A DNA stretch of 64,000 nt, taken from positions 48,369 through 112,368 of the forward strand of contig CAZPRK010000001.1 of NCBI GenBank assembly GCA_964589485.1, read 5' to 3'. The translations under genes and the position numbers were made by a program. Shown here piece after piece: positions 43,931-54,184 of this stretch; position 1 is the stretch's first letter, and each line of letters starts with the position of its first letter. Under the pieces are notes generated by a model. The model was not told the origin of the DNA. It saw only the letters and a program-made list of their open reading frames with translations, and made no database searches. Origin of the DNA: an uncultured Methanosarcinales archaeon. Lineage in GTDB: Archaea; Nanobdellota; Nanobdellia; Woesearchaeales; CAYSVS01.

Positions 43931-44517
43931 ACATTGCAGTTTTAGGATCAACCAAAGGGACTGATTTACAAGCTATAATAGATAGTAAATATAAACAAAA
44001 TATAAAATTAGTTTTAAGTAATAAAAAAGATGCTTATATTTTAGAAAGGTCTAAAAAAGTTAATTTAAATTCAATATTTCTTGATTCAGAAGGAAAATCA
44101 AGAGAAGAATATGATTTAGAATTACATAATTTATTTATAAAACATGAAATAGATATAGTTCTTCTTATTGGTTATATGAAGTTACTATCTGAAGATTTAG
44201 TTAACAAATGGAAAATTTTCAATATTCATCCTTCTTTACTTCCTGCTTTTGCAGGACAAATAAATTTAAATGTACACCAAGCAGTATTAGATAGAGGGTG
44301 TAAAGTAACAGGATGTACTTTAATTTTAGTAGATGAAGGTGCAGATACAGGTCCAATCATTATACAGAAGAGTACAAAAATTGATAAAGAAGACACAATT
44401 TTCTCATTAAAAGAAAAAGTTCAAAAATTAGAACAAGAAACTCTACTTGAATTTTTAAGTCTATATCAAGATGAAAAAATTAAGCTAATAAATAATAAGG
44501 TCGAAATTCATGGATAA
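43927..44517 (+). CDS. purN: Phosphoribosylglycinamide formyltransferase (GAR Tfase); start is non-canonical (CTG at 43927 or ATT at 43921/43933)
   Basis: Conserved N-terminus LNIAVLGSTKGTDLQAIID aligns with E. coli MNIVVLISGNGSNLQAIID. It lies upstream of the first in-frame ATG (44176) and after an in-frame TAG at 43915. GGGG lies 6 nt before the CTG. NIHPSLLP motif present. Confidence 0.75.
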   Translation: MNIAVLGSTKGTDLQAIIDSKYKQNIKLVLSNKKDAYILERSKKVNLNSIFLDSEGKSREEYDLELHNLFIKHEIDIVLLIGYMKLLSEDLVNKWKIFNIHPSLLPAFAGQINLNVHQAVLDRGCKVTGCTLILVDEGADTGPIIIQKSTKIDKEDTIFSLKEKVQKLEQETLLEFLSLYQDEKIKLINNKVEIHG

Positions 44518-45895
44518 ATTTGATAACATAAGCCCTATAGATTTTAGATATTATGGAAATAATAAAATATTATATGATAAATCTAACTTATATCTTTCAG
44601 AAAAAGCATTTATTAATTATTTTATTAAAGTAGAATTAGCTTTAGTAAGGGTTCTTTATAGAAGAAATTTAATTAGTCTAAATATTTTAGAGGAAATAGA
44701 AAAAGCTTGTCATGAAGTTACTTCAAATGAAGTATACGAAGAAGAATTAAGAATAAAACATAATGTAAGAGCTTTAGTAAATTGTATAAGGAGTAAAGTT
44801 TCAGATGAAGCTAAACCTTTTATTCATTTAACAGCTACTTCTCATGATATAATCTGTACAGCTGAAGCATTAAGGCTAAAAGAATTTACTTTTGACATAA
44901 TTTTACCTGAATTATTAAATTTTCATAAAATTCTTTCAGATTTAGCCATACGTGAAAAACATACTTTACAAACAGGAAGAACTCATGGACAACATGCTGT
45001 TCCAATTACTTTTGGGTTTACTATTTCAGAATATGTTGCAAGGTTAGGTGAACAAATTTTAAAAATTAAAGAAAACGCATATGATCTAAGAGGAAAATTA
45101 TCTGGTGCAGTTGGAGCATATAATGCATCTACTTTATTATTTGAAGATTCAATTGAATTTGAGAAAGAAGTTTTATTAGAATTAAAATTAAAACCATCAA
45201 CTCACTCAACTCAAATTCTACCCCCTGAATTTATTTTAAATTTAACACATTCAATTGTCACATGTTATGGAGTGTTGGCAAATTTAAGTGATGATATGAG
45301 ACATTTACAAAGAAGTGAAATTTTGGAAATTGCAGAAGAGTTTGATAAAAATCAAGTCGGAAGTTCTACTATGCCTCATAAAAGAAATCCAATTAATTTT
45401 GAAAATGTAAAAAGTATGTGGAAAGTTATAATGCCTAGAATGATTACAATGTATTCAGATCAAATCTCCGAACATCAGCGAGATTTAACTAACTCAGCTT
45501 CTTCTAGATTTATTCCTGAAATATATGTTTGTTTTTTAGAATCAGTATTAAGGTTAAGTAAACAAATGTTAAAATTAATTGTAGATAAAAAAAACATTCA
45601 AAAAAATTTTGATCTTAATAAAAATATGATTATTGCAGAACCTTTGTATATTTTATTAGCATATTATAAACATCCTAATGCTCATGAAGTTATAAGAAAA
45701 TTGACTTTACAAAGTCAAACTGAAGATATTTCATTATCTGAATTAGTATTTAAAAGTGAAGAATTGAAATTTTATTTAGATAAGATGACAGATACTCAAA
45801 AGGAAATAATATCTTTCCCTGAAAAATATATTGGCAAATCAATTAAAAAAGTTGATTTAGTAGTTGATTATTGGAGGGAAAAATTAAATGAGTAA
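44510..45895 (+). CDS. purB: Adenylosuccinate lyase
   Basis: Fumarate-lyase family SSTMPHKRNP signature. Confidence 0.9.
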   Translation: MDKFDNISPIDFRYYGNNKILYDKSNLYLSEKAFINYFIKVELALVRVLYRRNLISLNILEEIEKACHEVTSNEVYEEELRIKHNVRALVNCIRSKVSDEAKPFIHLTATSHDIICTAEALRLKEFTFDIILPELLNFHKILSDLAIREKHTLQTGRTHGQHAVPITFGFTISEYVARLGEQILKIKENAYDLRGKLSGAVGAYNASTLLFEDSIEFEKEVLLELKLKPSTHSTQILPPEFILNLTHSIVTCYGVLANLSDDMRHLQRSEILEIAEEFDKNQVGSSTMPHKRNPINFENVKSMWKVIMPRMITMYSDQISEHQRDLTNSASSRFIPEIYVCFLESVLRLSKQMLKLIVDKKNIQKNFDLNKNMIIAEPLYILLAYYKHPNAHEVIRKLTLQSQTEDISLSELVFKSEELKFYLDKMTDTQKEIISFPEKYIGKSIKKVDLVVDYWREKLNE

Positions 45896-47165
45896 TGCTA
45901 TAGTTTTAGGAAGTCAATTTGGAGATGAAGGAAAAGGAAAAATTGTAGATTATTTAGCAGACAAATTTAATTATATTATACGTTTTCAAGGTGGAAATAA
46001 TGCAGGTCATACTGTTGTTGTGGGTAATAAAACATATAAATTTCATTTAATTCCATCAGGAGTAATAAAAGGTATTCCTTCCATTTTGGGAAATGGTGTT
46101 GTTATTGATGTTGATGTTTTATTACAAGAAATGTCTCAATTAGAAAATATTAATTCTGAAAACTTTCTTATAAGTGAAAAAGCTCATGTGATTTTATTTT
46201 ATCATAAACTATTAGATTCATTACAAGAAATGATTAGAGAAAATAAAATAGGAACAACAGGAAGAGGAATAGGTCCATGTTATACTGATAAAATATCTCG
46301 ATCTGGAGTTCGTATAATGGATTTAGAAAATATAGATTTAACTTCTAAAGTTCAAGAAATATTAAAACATTCAATTTCCATTGTTGGGGAAGAAAAAGTT
46401 AAAGAATATATAAAATCAACTGATTTTTATTCTGAAGAAAATATTATAGATATAGATAAAGTTAATTTACATTATAATGAATTGTTTACTAAGATAAAAC
46501 CATTTGTAAAAGATATAACTTTATTTTTATCAAAATCAGAAAACATACTTTTTGAAGGAGCTCAAGGTACAATGTTAGATGTAGACCATGGAACATATCC
46601 TTTTGTTACTAGTAGTAGTCCAAGTATAGGTGGAGCATTTACTGGAACTGGTGTTTACAAAAATATTTCTCAAAGAATAGGAATAGTTAAAGCATATTTA
46701 ACAAGAGTTGGTGCAGGTGTAATGCCTACTGAATTAAATGATGATATTGGAAAACAAATTCAAACTAAAGGTCATGAATTTGGTACAACAACCGGAAGAA
46801 CAAGAAGATGTGGATGGCTTGACTTGATTCAATTAAAATACTCTTGTATAATTAATGGGTTTACTGAGTTTGTTTTAACAAAACTAGATGTATTGGATAC
46901 TTTGGATGTAATTAAAATTTGTGTGGGGTATGAGTATAACGGGGAAGTATTACAAAATTATCCAACAGATGTTAAAATTTTAGAAAAATGTACTCCTGTT
47001 TTTATTGAATTAAAAGGTTGGAATCAAGATATAACCAATATTAAAAATTATTCAGATTTACCAAAGAATGCTAAATTATATATCTCTAAAATTGAAGAAT
47101 TAAGTAATGTTCGGGTTAGTATAGTTTCAGTTGGTCCTGAAAGAGAACAAAGTATCATGAAGTAA
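45888..47165 (+). CDS. purA: Adenylosuccinate synthetase
   Basis: GSQFGDEGKGK P-loop; GNNAGHT. Confidence 0.9.
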   Translation: MSNAIVLGSQFGDEGKGKIVDYLADKFNYIIRFQGGNNAGHTVVVGNKTYKFHLIPSGVIKGIPSILGNGVVIDVDVLLQEMSQLENINSENFLISEKAHVILFYHKLLDSLQEMIRENKIGTTGRGIGPCYTDKISRSGVRIMDLENIDLTSKVQEILKHSISIVGEEKVKEYIKSTDFYSEENIIDIDKVNLHYNELFTKIKPFVKDITLFLSKSENILFEGAQGTMLDVDHGTYPFVTSSSPSIGGAFTGTGVYKNISQRIGIVKAYLTRVGAGVMPTELNDDIGKQIQTKGHEFGTTTGRTRRCGWLDLIQLKYSCIINGFTEFVLTKLDVLDTLDVIKICVGYEYNGEVLQNYPTDVKILEKCTPVFIELKGWNQDITNIKNYSDLPKNAKLYISKIEELSNVRVSIVSVGPEREQSIMK

Positions 47166-48255
47166 TTTTATCCAATGTATTTTTCTCAATAGCTTCTTTA
47201 ATATCCGTAGCTATTCTTTCACCATAACTAATACTTTCTCCATATAAATACCCAGAATAAGGTGTAAACATTGTCCCAGGAGATCCAGGTATTCTCATAC
47301 TTACGTCAAAAATTACAATAACTTCTTTTCCATCTTCAGTAGAAACTGCTCCTTGTAGAGCAAATGGACCAATTATTCCAGGTGAACATTCTTCTTGAGT
47401 TGTTTTAACAAATTTTTCACCAATTTCGAAAGCTTTTTCCAAGATACTTTCTTTTATTGTAACTCCGTAATGTCCGCTTTCTATTATTTTAGGTTTTACA
47501 TATTCTAAAACCTTTAACTGTTCATCTGCTGGCAAACGTAACAATCCATCTAAATTAGTTTGTCTTCTTGTATCAGTCCCCATTAATTCTAATTCATTTG
47601 AATAAAAATAATTAAAATTTACATGCGCGCCTAAAATATACTCTTCTATTATGGCTTTATTTAAAGCTTCTTTGGTTATGGTTCCTTCATTTATCATTTT
47701 TTGACTTTTATCTAAATAATCCTCATAAGATATAGCAAAAAAGAAAGCTCTTTCATACCCTCTTGCAGCTTCATTTACTTTAACAATAACTAATTTATTT
47801 ATTTCTTTTGGCGAAATAAATATTTTAGGAAATCTTATTCCTGCTTTTTCTAATAAATAGTATTGATTTTTTTCAACATCTCTTTCTTCTAATTTTAACA
47901 TTTCTCTACTCCCGTATATTGGTACTTTAAAGTCATTTTCAATTTCATTAAAATTACAATAAACCCAAAAATATCTATTATGGATAAAAATAGTATTCCT
48001 GGATATTAATTCATCTTGAATGTTAATTATATCTTTAAAATTATCAACTAAAATAACTTCATCTATTATTCCTTTTCCATCTCTAGTTTTATAATATTGA
48101 GAATAAGTTTTATCTCTTCCTTTTTGACATATAGCTAATGTCTTAAATCCTAACTTTTTAGCTCCATGGCATACATCTAATGCACTATGCCCTCCTAATA
48201 CGCCTATTGTAACATTATTTTTATCATATTTAGATAAAATTTCAGAAACATCCAT
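47155..48255 (-). CDS. purP: FAICAR synthetase PurP (ATP-grasp, archaeal)
   Basis: PurP-family N-terminus IGVLGGHSALDV.GAKKLGFKT and ATP-grasp layout. Confidence 0.8.
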   Translation of the reverse strand: MDVSEILSKYDKNNVTIGVLGGHSALDVCHGAKKLGFKTLAICQKGRDKTYSQYYKTRDGKGIIDEVILVDNFKDIINIQDELISRNTIFIHNRYFWVYCNFNEIENDFKVPIYGSREMLKLEERDVEKNQYYLLEKAGIRFPKIFISPKEINKLVIVKVNEAARGYERAFFFAISYEDYLDKSQKMINEGTITKEALNKAIIEEYILGAHVNFNYFYSNELELMGTDTRRQTNLDGLLRLPADEQLKVLEYVKPKIIESGHYGVTIKESILEKAFEIGEKFVKTTQEECSPGIIGPFALQGAVSTEDGKEVIVIFDVSMRIPGSPGTMFTPYSGYLYGESISYGERIATDIKEAIEKNTLDKITS

Positions 48256-49278
48256 TTAATGTAACACCTTATTTAATTCGTTTTTTTCAATTGCTTGTTT
48301 AATATCTAACGCTATCCTTCTTCCTGTACTCATCGGAACATCATATTTTAAATCAGTATATGGAGATCCATTAATGTAAGGATTTGTTCCTGCCACAATT
48401 CTTGCACTTATTTCAAAGACAAAAAACTCTTGTTCAGGGGTTAATATAGCTTCTAAGCAAAAAGGTCCAAACAATCCTGGAGAACAAATTTCTTGAGATA
48501 CTTTAACTACTTTTTCTCCCATTTCAATAACTATTGGAAGTAAACTTTCCCGTAAAACTAATGGAATGTTTCCTACAATGACATAAGATGGATCTACTTT
48601 TTTTAATGCTATTTGATCTCTTGCTGATATTCTTCCTAGGCTATCAACATTACTTTCATACCTTTTATCAAAACTCATAATTTCAAGTTCATTAGTTAAT
48701 GGAGAATAAAAAAAATGTACATATATAGGAACTCCAATTATATATTCTTGTATAACTAACTTTTTTTTTTCTTTTTCACTATAAGTTTTAGTTTTTGCAA
48801 CAAAGTCATTATATGAATTTGCAATAAAATATCCTTCTCCCCCTTTTGCTCCATGATGTTTAACAATAACTGGACAATCTATTTTTTCAGGTGAATCAAA
48901 AATTCTAGGTAATTTAAGTCCGGCTTTACTTAACCATTCCCTTTCTTTATTTCTATCACTTTCCCATTTTAAAATTTTTTTATTTCCATAATACATTCCT
49001 TGTAAATTTTCACACCTTTCATGACCTAAGTAAGCAACAAAACTACCATGCGGAATCATTATAACATTTTTTTCTAATAATTCTTTATCTATTTTTTCAT
49101 AATCATCAAAATTATCAACTTCAATAATTTCATCTGCAACGTTAAACATTTTATAAACTTTAGATTTATTTTTTTGACAAATTACAACAGTTTTAAAACC
49201 TTCATCTTTAGCTCCTTTTAGAATTTGTAAAGCACTGTGACTTCCAATTGTTCCAATAGTATAATCTTGAAAACCCAT
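48256..49278 (-). CDS. PurP-family paralog (ATP-grasp)
   Basis: IGTIGSHSALQILKGAKDEGFKT, paralogous to the adjacent PurP. Confidence 0.75.
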   Translation of the reverse strand: MGFQDYTIGTIGSHSALQILKGAKDEGFKTVVICQKNKSKVYKMFNVADEIIEVDNFDDYEKIDKELLEKNVIMIPHGSFVAYLGHERCENLQGMYYGNKKILKWESDRNKEREWLSKAGLKLPRIFDSPEKIDCPVIVKHHGAKGGEGYFIANSYNDFVAKTKTYSEKEKKKLVIQEYIIGVPIYVHFFYSPLTNELEIMSFDKRYESNVDSLGRISARDQIALKKVDPSYVIVGNIPLVLRESLLPIVIEMGEKVVKVSQEICSPGLFGPFCLEAILTPEQEFFVFEISARIVAGTNPYINGSPYTDLKYDVPMSTGRRIALDIKQAIEKNELNKVLH

Positions 49279-49375
49279 AATTAAAGAAATAGTTGACTTT
49301 ATTTAAACTTTTCTCATGTAAAATAAACAAAAGGATATATAGGACGTTTATAATATATGAATAAAAAAGTAGTAT

Positions 49376-51214
49376 TTGAGTCTAGAAATCCTTATAAACG
49401 CATTGTTAAGTTTTTATTTCATGTCTGTTGCTATAATGGATTTTGGTGCTCAATATGCAAAAGTTATTGATAGGAGAGTTAGAGAATTAAATATATATTC
49501 TGAAATAATTGATCCAAAATCATCATTAGATAAGTTAAAAGAATATGATGCAATTATTTTATCTGGTGGACCTAATAGTGTATATAAAAACAAAATTAAA
49601 TATAATAAAAATTTATTTAAATTAAAAAAACCAATTTTAGGAATATGTTATGGGATGCAGTTAATTAATTTTCATTTTAAAGGAAAAGTTAATTCTTCAA
49701 ATGTTAAAGAATATGGAGAAACTATTATTTCAACTCAACCTTGTAAATTATTTAAAAATTTAGATGAAAATCAAGAAGTCTTAATGAGTCATGGTGATAG
49801 TATAAGTAAGTTAGGAACTGGGTTTGAAGCAATTGCAAAATCAAATGACATTATAGCTGGAATTGCTAATGAAAAAAATAAAATATATGGTTTACAATTC
49901 CATCCTGAAGTAGATCTAACAAAAAATGGAAAAAAAATGTTAGAAAACTTTTTATTTGAAATTTCAGATTTAAAATCAAATTATACTTTAACAAATAGAA
50001 TTTCTTCTACATTAAATGAAATAAAAACTATTGTTAAAGATAATAAAATTTTAGTTTTAGTTTCAGGGGGAGTTGATTCTGCTGTAACTGCGGCCTTATT
50101 AATTAGAGCTTTAAATGAAGATCAAGTTTATGCTTTACACATTGATCATGGTTTTATGAGAAAAAATGAAAGTAAATCTGTATGTGTGGCTTTAAAAGAT
50201 ATAGGGTTAAAAAATTTGGTACATGTTAATGCTAAAGATAAATTTTTTGATGAATTACACAAAGTAACTGATCCTGAAAAAAAGAGACAAAAAATAGGAG
50301 ACTTATTTATGAAAATTGTAGATGAAGAAGTTGAAAAATTAAACTTACCTATTAATACATTTATTGCTCAAGGTACATTGAGACCTGATTTGATAGAGAG
50401 TGCAAGTTCTTTGGTAACGACTAAAGCTAATAAAATTAAAACTCATCACAATGATTCCAAATTAGTTAGAGAAAAACGAAAGTTAGGGTTAGTTTTAGAA
50501 ACAAATAAAGATTTACATAAAGATGAAGTAAGAAAAGTTGGTCAATTATTAGGCTTACCTGAATATATTGTTAACAGGCACCCTTTTCCAGGTCCAGGTT
50601 TGGCGATAAGAATTATATGTGCGGATAAACCATATGATAAAAACTATGATAAAATATCTAAACAAATAGAAAATATTGTTAAACCATATAACTTAAAATC
50701 AAAATTAATTCCTGTAAGATCGGTTGGTGTTCAGGGAGACCATAGAAGTTATAGTTATGTTGTAGGAATAATAGGAAAAGGCCATTACCCTAATTTAAGG
50801 GAATTAGCATTAAAAATTCCCAAAAAAGTTCATGAAGTTAACAGGGTAATATATTTTTTCGAAGAAAATTCATTAGATTTTAAATTTCATAAAACAGAAT
50901 TAAATAATGAAAATGTAAATCAATTACAAGAAGCTGATTTTATTGTTAGGCAAAAATTTAAAAAACATAACCTTATGCATAAAATTAGTCAAGCAGTAAT
51001 TGTATCTTTACCAATTGGTATTTCAGGAAAAACCATTGTTATTAGACCATTCGTTACTAATGATTTTATGACTGGTAGACCGGCTAACTGGGGGGAAGAG
51101 GTTACAATTAAGTGTTTAAAAGAAATAGTAAAAGAATTAAAAAATTTAAAAGGAATATCTAATGTGGCATATGATTTAACAAGTAAACCGCCAGGAACTA
51201 CGGAGTGGGAATAA
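49376..51214 (+). CDS. guaA: GMP synthase, fused GATase plus ATP-pyrophosphatase (probable true start at internal Met about 49421-49436)
   Basis: FGAQY...GICYGMQ class-I GATase; SGGVDS PP-loop; C-terminal dimerisation domain. Confidence 0.9.
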   Translation: MSLEILINALLSFYFMSVAIMDFGAQYAKVIDRRVRELNIYSEIIDPKSSLDKLKEYDAIILSGGPNSVYKNKIKYNKNLFKLKKPILGICYGMQLINFHFKGKVNSSNVKEYGETIISTQPCKLFKNLDENQEVLMSHGDSISKLGTGFEAIAKSNDIIAGIANEKNKIYGLQFHPEVDLTKNGKKMLENFLFEISDLKSNYTLTNRISSTLNEIKTIVKDNKILVLVSGGVDSAVTAALLIRALNEDQVYALHIDHGFMRKNESKSVCVALKDIGLKNLVHVNAKDKFFDELHKVTDPEKKRQKIGDLFMKIVDEEVEKLNLPINTFIAQGTLRPDLIESASSLVTTKANKIKTHHNDSKLVREKRKLGLVLETNKDLHKDEVRKVGQLLGLPEYIVNRHPFPGPGLAIRIICADKPYDKNYDKISKQIENIVKPYNLKSKLIPVRSVGVQGDHRSYSYVVGIIGKGHYPNLRELALKIPKKVHEVNRVIYFFEENSLDFKFHKTELNNENVNQLQEADFIVRQKFKKHNLMHKISQAVIVSLPIGISGKTIVIRPFVTNDFMTGRPANWGEEVTIKCLKEIVKELKNLKGISNVAYDLTSKPPGTTEWE

Positions 51215-52782
51215 TGAAAGTTTTAATAAGCGTATTTGATAAAAAAAATGTTGTTTCTTTTGCTAGAAGTTTGATTAATTTGAATTATGAAATATTATCT
51301 ACAGGTGGAACAGCTACTTTACTTAGAGAAAATGGAATTCAAGTAACTGAAGTTTCTGATGTAACTGAACATCCTGAAATTTTAAATGGAAGAGTAAAAA
51401 CAATGCATCCTAAAATTCTAGGAGGTATTTTAGCTTTAAATAATGATATTCATTTAAAAGACTTGAATGATAATAATATTTCACGTATAAATTTAGTTGT
51501 AGTTAATTTATATCCATTTGAAGAAACTATTTCAAAAGAAGGAATAAATTTAAGTGAAGTTTTAGAAAACATTGATATTGGTGGCCCAAGTTTATTAAGA
51601 AGTGCAGCTAAAAATTTTCATAACTGTCTTCCAGTTTGTAGTCCTGATGATTACGATTTAGTAATATCAAACCTGAAAAATGAAAATTTAACAACAGAGT
51701 TTAAAGAATATTTAGCTGTAAAAGCTTTTGAAAAAACAGCTGATTATGATGCAAAAATTCATAGTTATTTAAGTGAAAAATTATTATCTAAAAAAATATT
51801 AAGTTTAAAATATGGAGAAGGTAAAAATCTAAGATATGGTGAAAATTCACATCAAAATGCAGCATTTTTTAAAACTAAATCAAAAGAACCAAGTGTTTCC
51901 AATGCAAAAAAATTAAACGGAAAAGAATTATCTTACAATAATATAATTGATATAAATTCTGCATTAGAAGTTATAAAAGAACTAAATACAAAAAATACTG
52001 TATCTGTTGTAAAACATAATAATCCTTGTGGTTTAGCTACAGGTGAAACTTTAAAAGAAGCATTAGAAGCAGCTTGGAGCGGAGATACAGTTTCAGCTTT
52101 CGGAAGTATAATTGCTATGTCATCAGAAGTTGATATAGAGACTGCAAAGTTTTTTGAAGGAAAGTTTGTTGAAGTTATTATAGCTCCTTCTTATGCTTTA
52201 GATGCTTTAGAATATTTAAAACAAAAAAGTAAAAATTTAAGACTTTTAGAAACAGGTGAATTAACAAGTAGTAAAAGTAAAAAAAGTTATAAATCTGTAA
52301 CTGGTGGAATATTAGAACAGGATTCGAATGTATTAAATTATGAAACATGGAACTGCGTTACAAATGAACCTTTTCCAAATAATAAAAATGAATTAGCAAA
52401 ATTTACTAACATTGCTGCAAAAAATACTAAATCTAATGCTGTTGTTTTAGGTTATGAATACAAACCTGGTTTTTATAAAGTATTAGGTATGGGTGCAGGT
52501 CAACCTAATAGAGTAGATGCATTACGAAAATTATCTATTCCTAAAGCTATAGAAAATTTAAAATCAAAAGATGAAACTTATATTAAATCACAATTAAATG
52601 AATGCGTATTAGCTTCAGATGCTTTTTTCCCTTTTGATGATACTGTTAGGGAAGCTTTTACTTACGGAATAAAATACATTGTCCAACCAGGTGGAAGTAT
52701 ACGAGATGAAGAAGTTATTAATGCTTGTAATGAATTAAAACAAGCAATGGTTTTTACTAACACTAGGCATTTTTTACATTAA
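51205..52782 (+). CDS. purH: Bifunctional AICAR transformylase / IMP cyclohydrolase
   Basis: MGS-like domain ILSTGGTATLL...KTMHPKILGGIL followed by AICARFT domain. Confidence 0.85.
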   Translation: MGIMKVLISVFDKKNVVSFARSLINLNYEILSTGGTATLLRENGIQVTEVSDVTEHPEILNGRVKTMHPKILGGILALNNDIHLKDLNDNNISRINLVVVNLYPFEETISKEGINLSEVLENIDIGGPSLLRSAAKNFHNCLPVCSPDDYDLVISNLKNENLTTEFKEYLAVKAFEKTADYDAKIHSYLSEKLLSKKILSLKYGEGKNLRYGENSHQNAAFFKTKSKEPSVSNAKKLNGKELSYNNIIDINSALEVIKELNTKNTVSVVKHNNPCGLATGETLKEALEAAWSGDTVSAFGSIIAMSSEVDIETAKFFEGKFVEVIIAPSYALDALEYLKQKSKNLRLLETGELTSSKSKKSYKSVTGGILEQDSNVLNYETWNCVTNEPFPNNKNELAKFTNIAAKNTKSNAVVLGYEYKPGFYKVLGMGAGQPNRVDALRKLSIPKAIENLKSKDETYIKSQLNECVLASDAFFPFDDTVREAFTYGIKYIVQPGGSIRDEEVINACNELKQAMVFTNTRHFLH

Positions 52783-54170
52783 TCTTTTCTGGAAAGAACT
52801 CTACTCATTGCCATTTCATTTTTTTGTTTATCTGATATAGATAATGGATATTTTCCATTCAAACACGCCATACATAAATCTATTTTTTTTGTAGCCTCAA
52901 TAATATTTTCAATTTTTTGATAAGTTAAAGAATCAGCATCAATATAATTTCTAATTTCTTCAATTTCTTGATTATTTGCAATTAATTCTTCTTTTGTCGG
53001 CATATCTATTCCATAATGGCATGGATATTTTATTGGTGGACATGTTGAAATAAAATGTACTTCTTTTGCTCCAGCGTTTCTTAACAATTTAATGATTTTT
53101 TTAGATGTAGTTCCTCTAACAATACTATCGTCAATTACAGCAACTCTTTTTCCATTAACTACAGCCTTAATTGGATTTAATTTAACTCTTACTGCATTTT
53201 CTCTTTTTTTTTGAGTTGGCATAATAAAAGTTCTACCTAAATATCTATTCTTAACCAGCCCTTCTCTATATTTTATACCCAAAACTTCTGCAAATTTTAT
53301 GGCGGCAGCTCTTGCAGTATCTGGAACAGGAATTACTACATCTATTTCTTTTTTCCAATCTCTTGCTAACAGTTCTCCTAGTTTTAATCTAGCATTATAT
53401 ACAGATCTATCATCGATGAATGATTCTGGTCTAGCAAAATAAACCCATTCAAACATACAATGTGCTCTTTTTGTTTGTTTAATTATTTTAGATGTAATGT
53501 TTAAATTTTTATCAATAACAACTGCTTCACCTGGTTGAACATCTTTTATTCGTTTAAATCCTAATGTTTGAAATACAACACTTTCAGATGCAACACAAAT
53601 TTCACCTTCTTTTTCCCCAATTACTAATGGCCTAAACCCGTTTGGGTCACGGAAAGCTATAATACTTTTATTACCAACTGCTGCAACAACGCTATAACTT
53701 CCTTCAATTCTCCCCATTAAAGTCTCAATAGCCTCAAAATAACTTTGTTTAGTTTCAATTTCATAAGCAAGAATTTTATTTATTATTTCAGCATCTGAAG
53801 ATGAATCAAGAAAAATTCCTTTTTTTAATAATAATTGTTTAATTTCTTCATAATTTGTTAAATTTCCATTATGCGCTGTAGCAATTTTATGGGACGCATT
53901 TGCAAGAAAAGGTTGAGTTTCATTATCTGAATCAGTTCCTGCTGTTGGATATCTTGTATGTCCAATTCCTAAATTTCCTTGAACATTTTCAACAACGTTG
54001 CTTTCAAAAATATCATTTATAAGCCCTTTACTTTTTTTAATAAAGTGAGAATTTTCGTTAAATACTGCAACACCTGCAGCATCTTGTCCTCTATGTTGTA
54101 GCGCTGTCATTCCAAAAATCAAATTATGAATTACTGGTTTATCACCTATAAGCCCAATCACACCACACAT
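52779..54170 (-). CDS. purF: Amidophosphoribosyltransferase
   Basis: MCGVIGL N-terminal Cys nucleophile and PRTase domain. Confidence 0.9.
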   Translation of the reverse strand: MCGVIGLIGDKPVIHNLIFGMTALQHRGQDAAGVAVFNENSHFIKKSKGLINDIFESNVVENVQGNLGIGHTRYPTAGTDSDNETQPFLANASHKIATAHNGNLTNYEEIKQLLLKKGIFLDSSSDAEIINKILAYEIETKQSYFEAIETLMGRIEGSYSVVAAVGNKSIIAFRDPNGFRPLVIGEKEGEICVASESVVFQTLGFKRIKDVQPGEAVVIDKNLNITSKIIKQTKRAHCMFEWVYFARPESFIDDRSVYNARLKLGELLARDWKKEIDVVIPVPDTARAAAIKFAEVLGIKYREGLVKNRYLGRTFIMPTQKKRENAVRVKLNPIKAVVNGKRVAVIDDSIVRGTTSKKIIKLLRNAGAKEVHFISTCPPIKYPCHYGIDMPTKEELIANNQEIEEIRNYIDADSLTYQKIENIIEATKKIDLCMACLNGKYPLSISDKQKNEMAMSRVLSRKD

Positions 54171-54184
54171 TATAATTTCCTCTA

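Noticed and set aside
49376-49436. Long hydrophobic N-terminal extension of GuaA (MSLEILINALLSFYFMSVAI) as a signal peptide
   Set aside because: The conserved GATase start (MDFGAQY) is at an internal Met. The extension most likely reflects an upstream start choice by the ORF finder.
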